A stretch of 64,000 nt of DNA from Octopus sinensis (lineage: Eukaryota). The position numbers and the translations under genes were made by a program. The notes beneath the pieces are model-generated. The model searched no databases. It had not been told where the DNA came from and saw only the letters and a list, made by a program, of their open reading frames with translations. Within the stretch, counting starts at the first letter, position 1; every line of letters starts with the position of its first letter. The stretch is from positions 32,190,464-32,254,463 of the forward strand of contig NC_043011.1 in assembly GCF_006345805.1 (NCBI RefSeq), read 5' to 3'. Below, piece after piece: positions 61,593 to 64,000 of this stretch.

Positions 61593-63220
61593 CATCATTT
61601 AACTTCCATCTTCCATATATGCATGGGTAGGACAGTTCACAGGAGCTGACCAGGTAGAAAAACTACCCTCTGCTACTCTGTCTGTTTTGGTAGGATTTTT
61701 ACAGCTGGATACCCTTCCTAATATCAACCATTCTGGAGAATGGACTCGATGCTTTTTACATGGCACCAGCACTGGAAGGGTCACCAAGTAACTTGCAAGA
61801 CAAGGAATTATGAGAGGGGCAGGGGCCTTTGAGGAGAGGGACTCATGTCAGAGGATGAAAGGTTGGAGGGTGACAAAGAGACAGATACAAGTGTCTTGCT
61901 ATAACAGAGGGGGCATTGGAGGAGGTGACCCAGTATCAGATGATGAAAGGTTAGAGCTTGACAGAAATAAGGAGGAAGAAATAGGTGTCTTGTTATAAAG
62001 GAGGTACATGCACCCTCCCTCTCTCTCTCTCTATATATATATATATCATCAGTAAATCATAAGTCCAAAAAAGAAGCAGACCCTTAGAGCCTATAGGGCA
62101 CTGACCATTAGGGTCTGCAGAGACACTGTAAAGTTAAACGCTTTATGAACATGAAACCCTGGGTAACCTCATTGACCCACAATAACTATCTTTATCTAAT
62201 ATATGCGTGTGTGTGTGTGTGTGTGTGTTTGTCCCCCACCACTGCTTGACAACTGGTGTTAGCGTATTTGGCAAAAGAGAGCTGTAGAATAAATACTATG
62301 CTTTAAGAAAATAAGTCTTGGGGTCGATTCATTTGACTAAAAATTCTTCAAAGCAGTGCCCCAGTATGGCCACAGTCCAATGACTGAAACAAGTAAGAGA
62401 GATAAAATAATCTGAATGCTAAAGGATTAAGCTAACGGTCATATACTGTGGTCAGTTTAATTAACTGCAGTTTTCCTCTCAAACGTTTGGTCCATCTTCC
62501 ATACATGCATGTGTAGGACAGTTCACTAGAAATCATCATTATCATTATTATTAATTTAATTAAGGTGGTGAGTTGGCAGAATCGTTACCACACTAGACAA
62601 AATCTTTCACGATATTTCTTCCAGATTTATATTCTGAGTTCAAATTCTACCGAAATTGATTTCGCTTTTTTATCCTTTCATGGTCAGTAACATAAGTAGC
62701 AGTTGAGTACTGGAGTTGATGTAACCTCCCAAAATTTCAGACCTTGCACCAATAGCAGAAAGGATTACTGATTTTATCATTAAGGCAGTAAACTGGTAGA
62801 ATTGTTAGCTCATCGGACAAAATGCTTAGTGGCATGTCTTCACATCTGAAATCCTGTATTTATTTCATCGACTCCAAAAGAATGAAAAGCGAAGTTGAAC
62901 TTGGTGGAATTTGAACTCAGAACATAAATGTTGTTAAGCATTTTGCCTGGCATGCTAATGATTCTGCCAGCTTGCCACTTTTCTACTCAAGCCCCGAAAT
63001 TTTGGGAGAGGGGGACAGTTGATTAGATCGCTCCCAGTACACAACTGGTACTTAATTTATAGACCCCCAAAAGGATGAAAAGCAAAGTCAACCTCGGCAG
63101 AGAACGAGAGAAATATTAAAAATTAACTTAAAAGCTGCACACAGTGTGGACTTTGAAGATGGCTCCTGCAGAGAGCTAATTGAGCCTGAGGCCCAAAACT
63201 TAAGATAATAATAATAAAGC

Positions 63221-63253
<33 letters not shown>

Positions 63254-64000
63254 GCATTTATTAGTACTCTACCAATATGGTATTACTTTAAATGCAGTTT
63301 AAAGGAAAAACTTGTAAGTTCTCAAATTTTGGGAGTTCTTTTAAAATATGAATTTTTAACTGTTTGCATATAACAAATCCTCATTGAGACCTGATCCCAA
63401 TGCTGGATGTTCAAGAACCAAATGAAGGGCAGATTTTCAATCCCAGGATCATCCTTATTCCAGAAAGGCAGAGCAAATGTAGATTGAGATACAAGGGTCC
63501 CAGACAGATGGACAGACAGAATTTCACATTTATTCATCATCATTCTTTAATGTCTACCTTCCAAGCTGGCATGGGTTTGATGGTTTGACAGGAGCCAGCC
63601 GGGCAGGAACCTGCACCAGACTTCTGTATCTGTTTTGGTAGGGTTTTTACAGCTGGATGCCTTTCCTGACACCAACCACCCAGCAGAGTAAACAGTGCTT
63701 TTTACATGGCACGAGCACAGGCAAGGTCAGTTCTGACAAGGTTTTTACAGATGGATGCCCTTCTAAATGCCCTTCAGAAGCTGGAGGGTATATCAGCCAA
63801 AGTGTTGTGTTAACAACAAGTAAGATGAGGACAAATATCTGTCAAATGTAAATAATGTAAATAATATATATAATTCCTCATCTCTTAAATATAGAACTGA
63901 CTTCTACTCTTCACTGCAAAACTAATAATATGAATTCTTTTTCTCTCCTTCTTTTGGAATTCAGAGGAATTCAAGACAGGATGCCCAGCTGGATGCCCTT

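Noticed and set aside
63322-63543. ORF containing TFALPFWNKDDPGIENL, reminiscent of the N-terminal FW..D..G.E.L motif of F-BAR proteins and located upstream of the first recovered exon
   Set aside because: No GT donor giving the needed phase-2 junction, spacing to the next conserved Arg is about 7 aa too long, the downstream residues are not FCH-like, and the segment ends in a repeat-like gacagacagaatttcacatt tract. The true first exons probably lie beyond 64000.

Overview
AT-rich, extremely repeat-dense eukaryotic DNA. The SINE/RTE/microsatellite landscape looks like an Octopus genome (recognised from recalled repeat families, not database-checked). One protein-coding gene is recoverable by hand, on the minus strand: a PSTPIP-family F-BAR protein. 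It has nine internal GT-AG coding exons (60819 down to 26155) that splice in frame, a probable 32-nt stop-containing exon (18972-18941) and a probable non-coding last exon starting at 16789. The first exon(s), about 45 aa, are not in the window and presumably lie beyond base 64000. No SH3 exon was found, so the product looks PSTPIP2-like (about 325-330 aa). The rest is intron or flank filled with at least four tRNA-derived SINE families, RTE and CR1/L2-type LINE ends, mariner, Chapaev-like, hAT, piggyBac-like and Helitron-like relics, fold-back Penelope-like remnants, and micro/minisatellites. Most entries in the supplied ORF track are repeat artefacts. The most interesting observations are predicted hammerhead ribozymes in Penelope-like remnants: an inverted pair at 25769-25892 with a compensatory G3-C8 core (GUGAACA instead of CUGANGA), and a tRNA-headed SINE-like element with a hammerhead tail at 52510-53000. 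No rRNA, intact tRNA gene or CRISPR array was seen. Repeat boundaries are approximate unless a TIR or TSD is quoted. All folds and alignments were done by eye.
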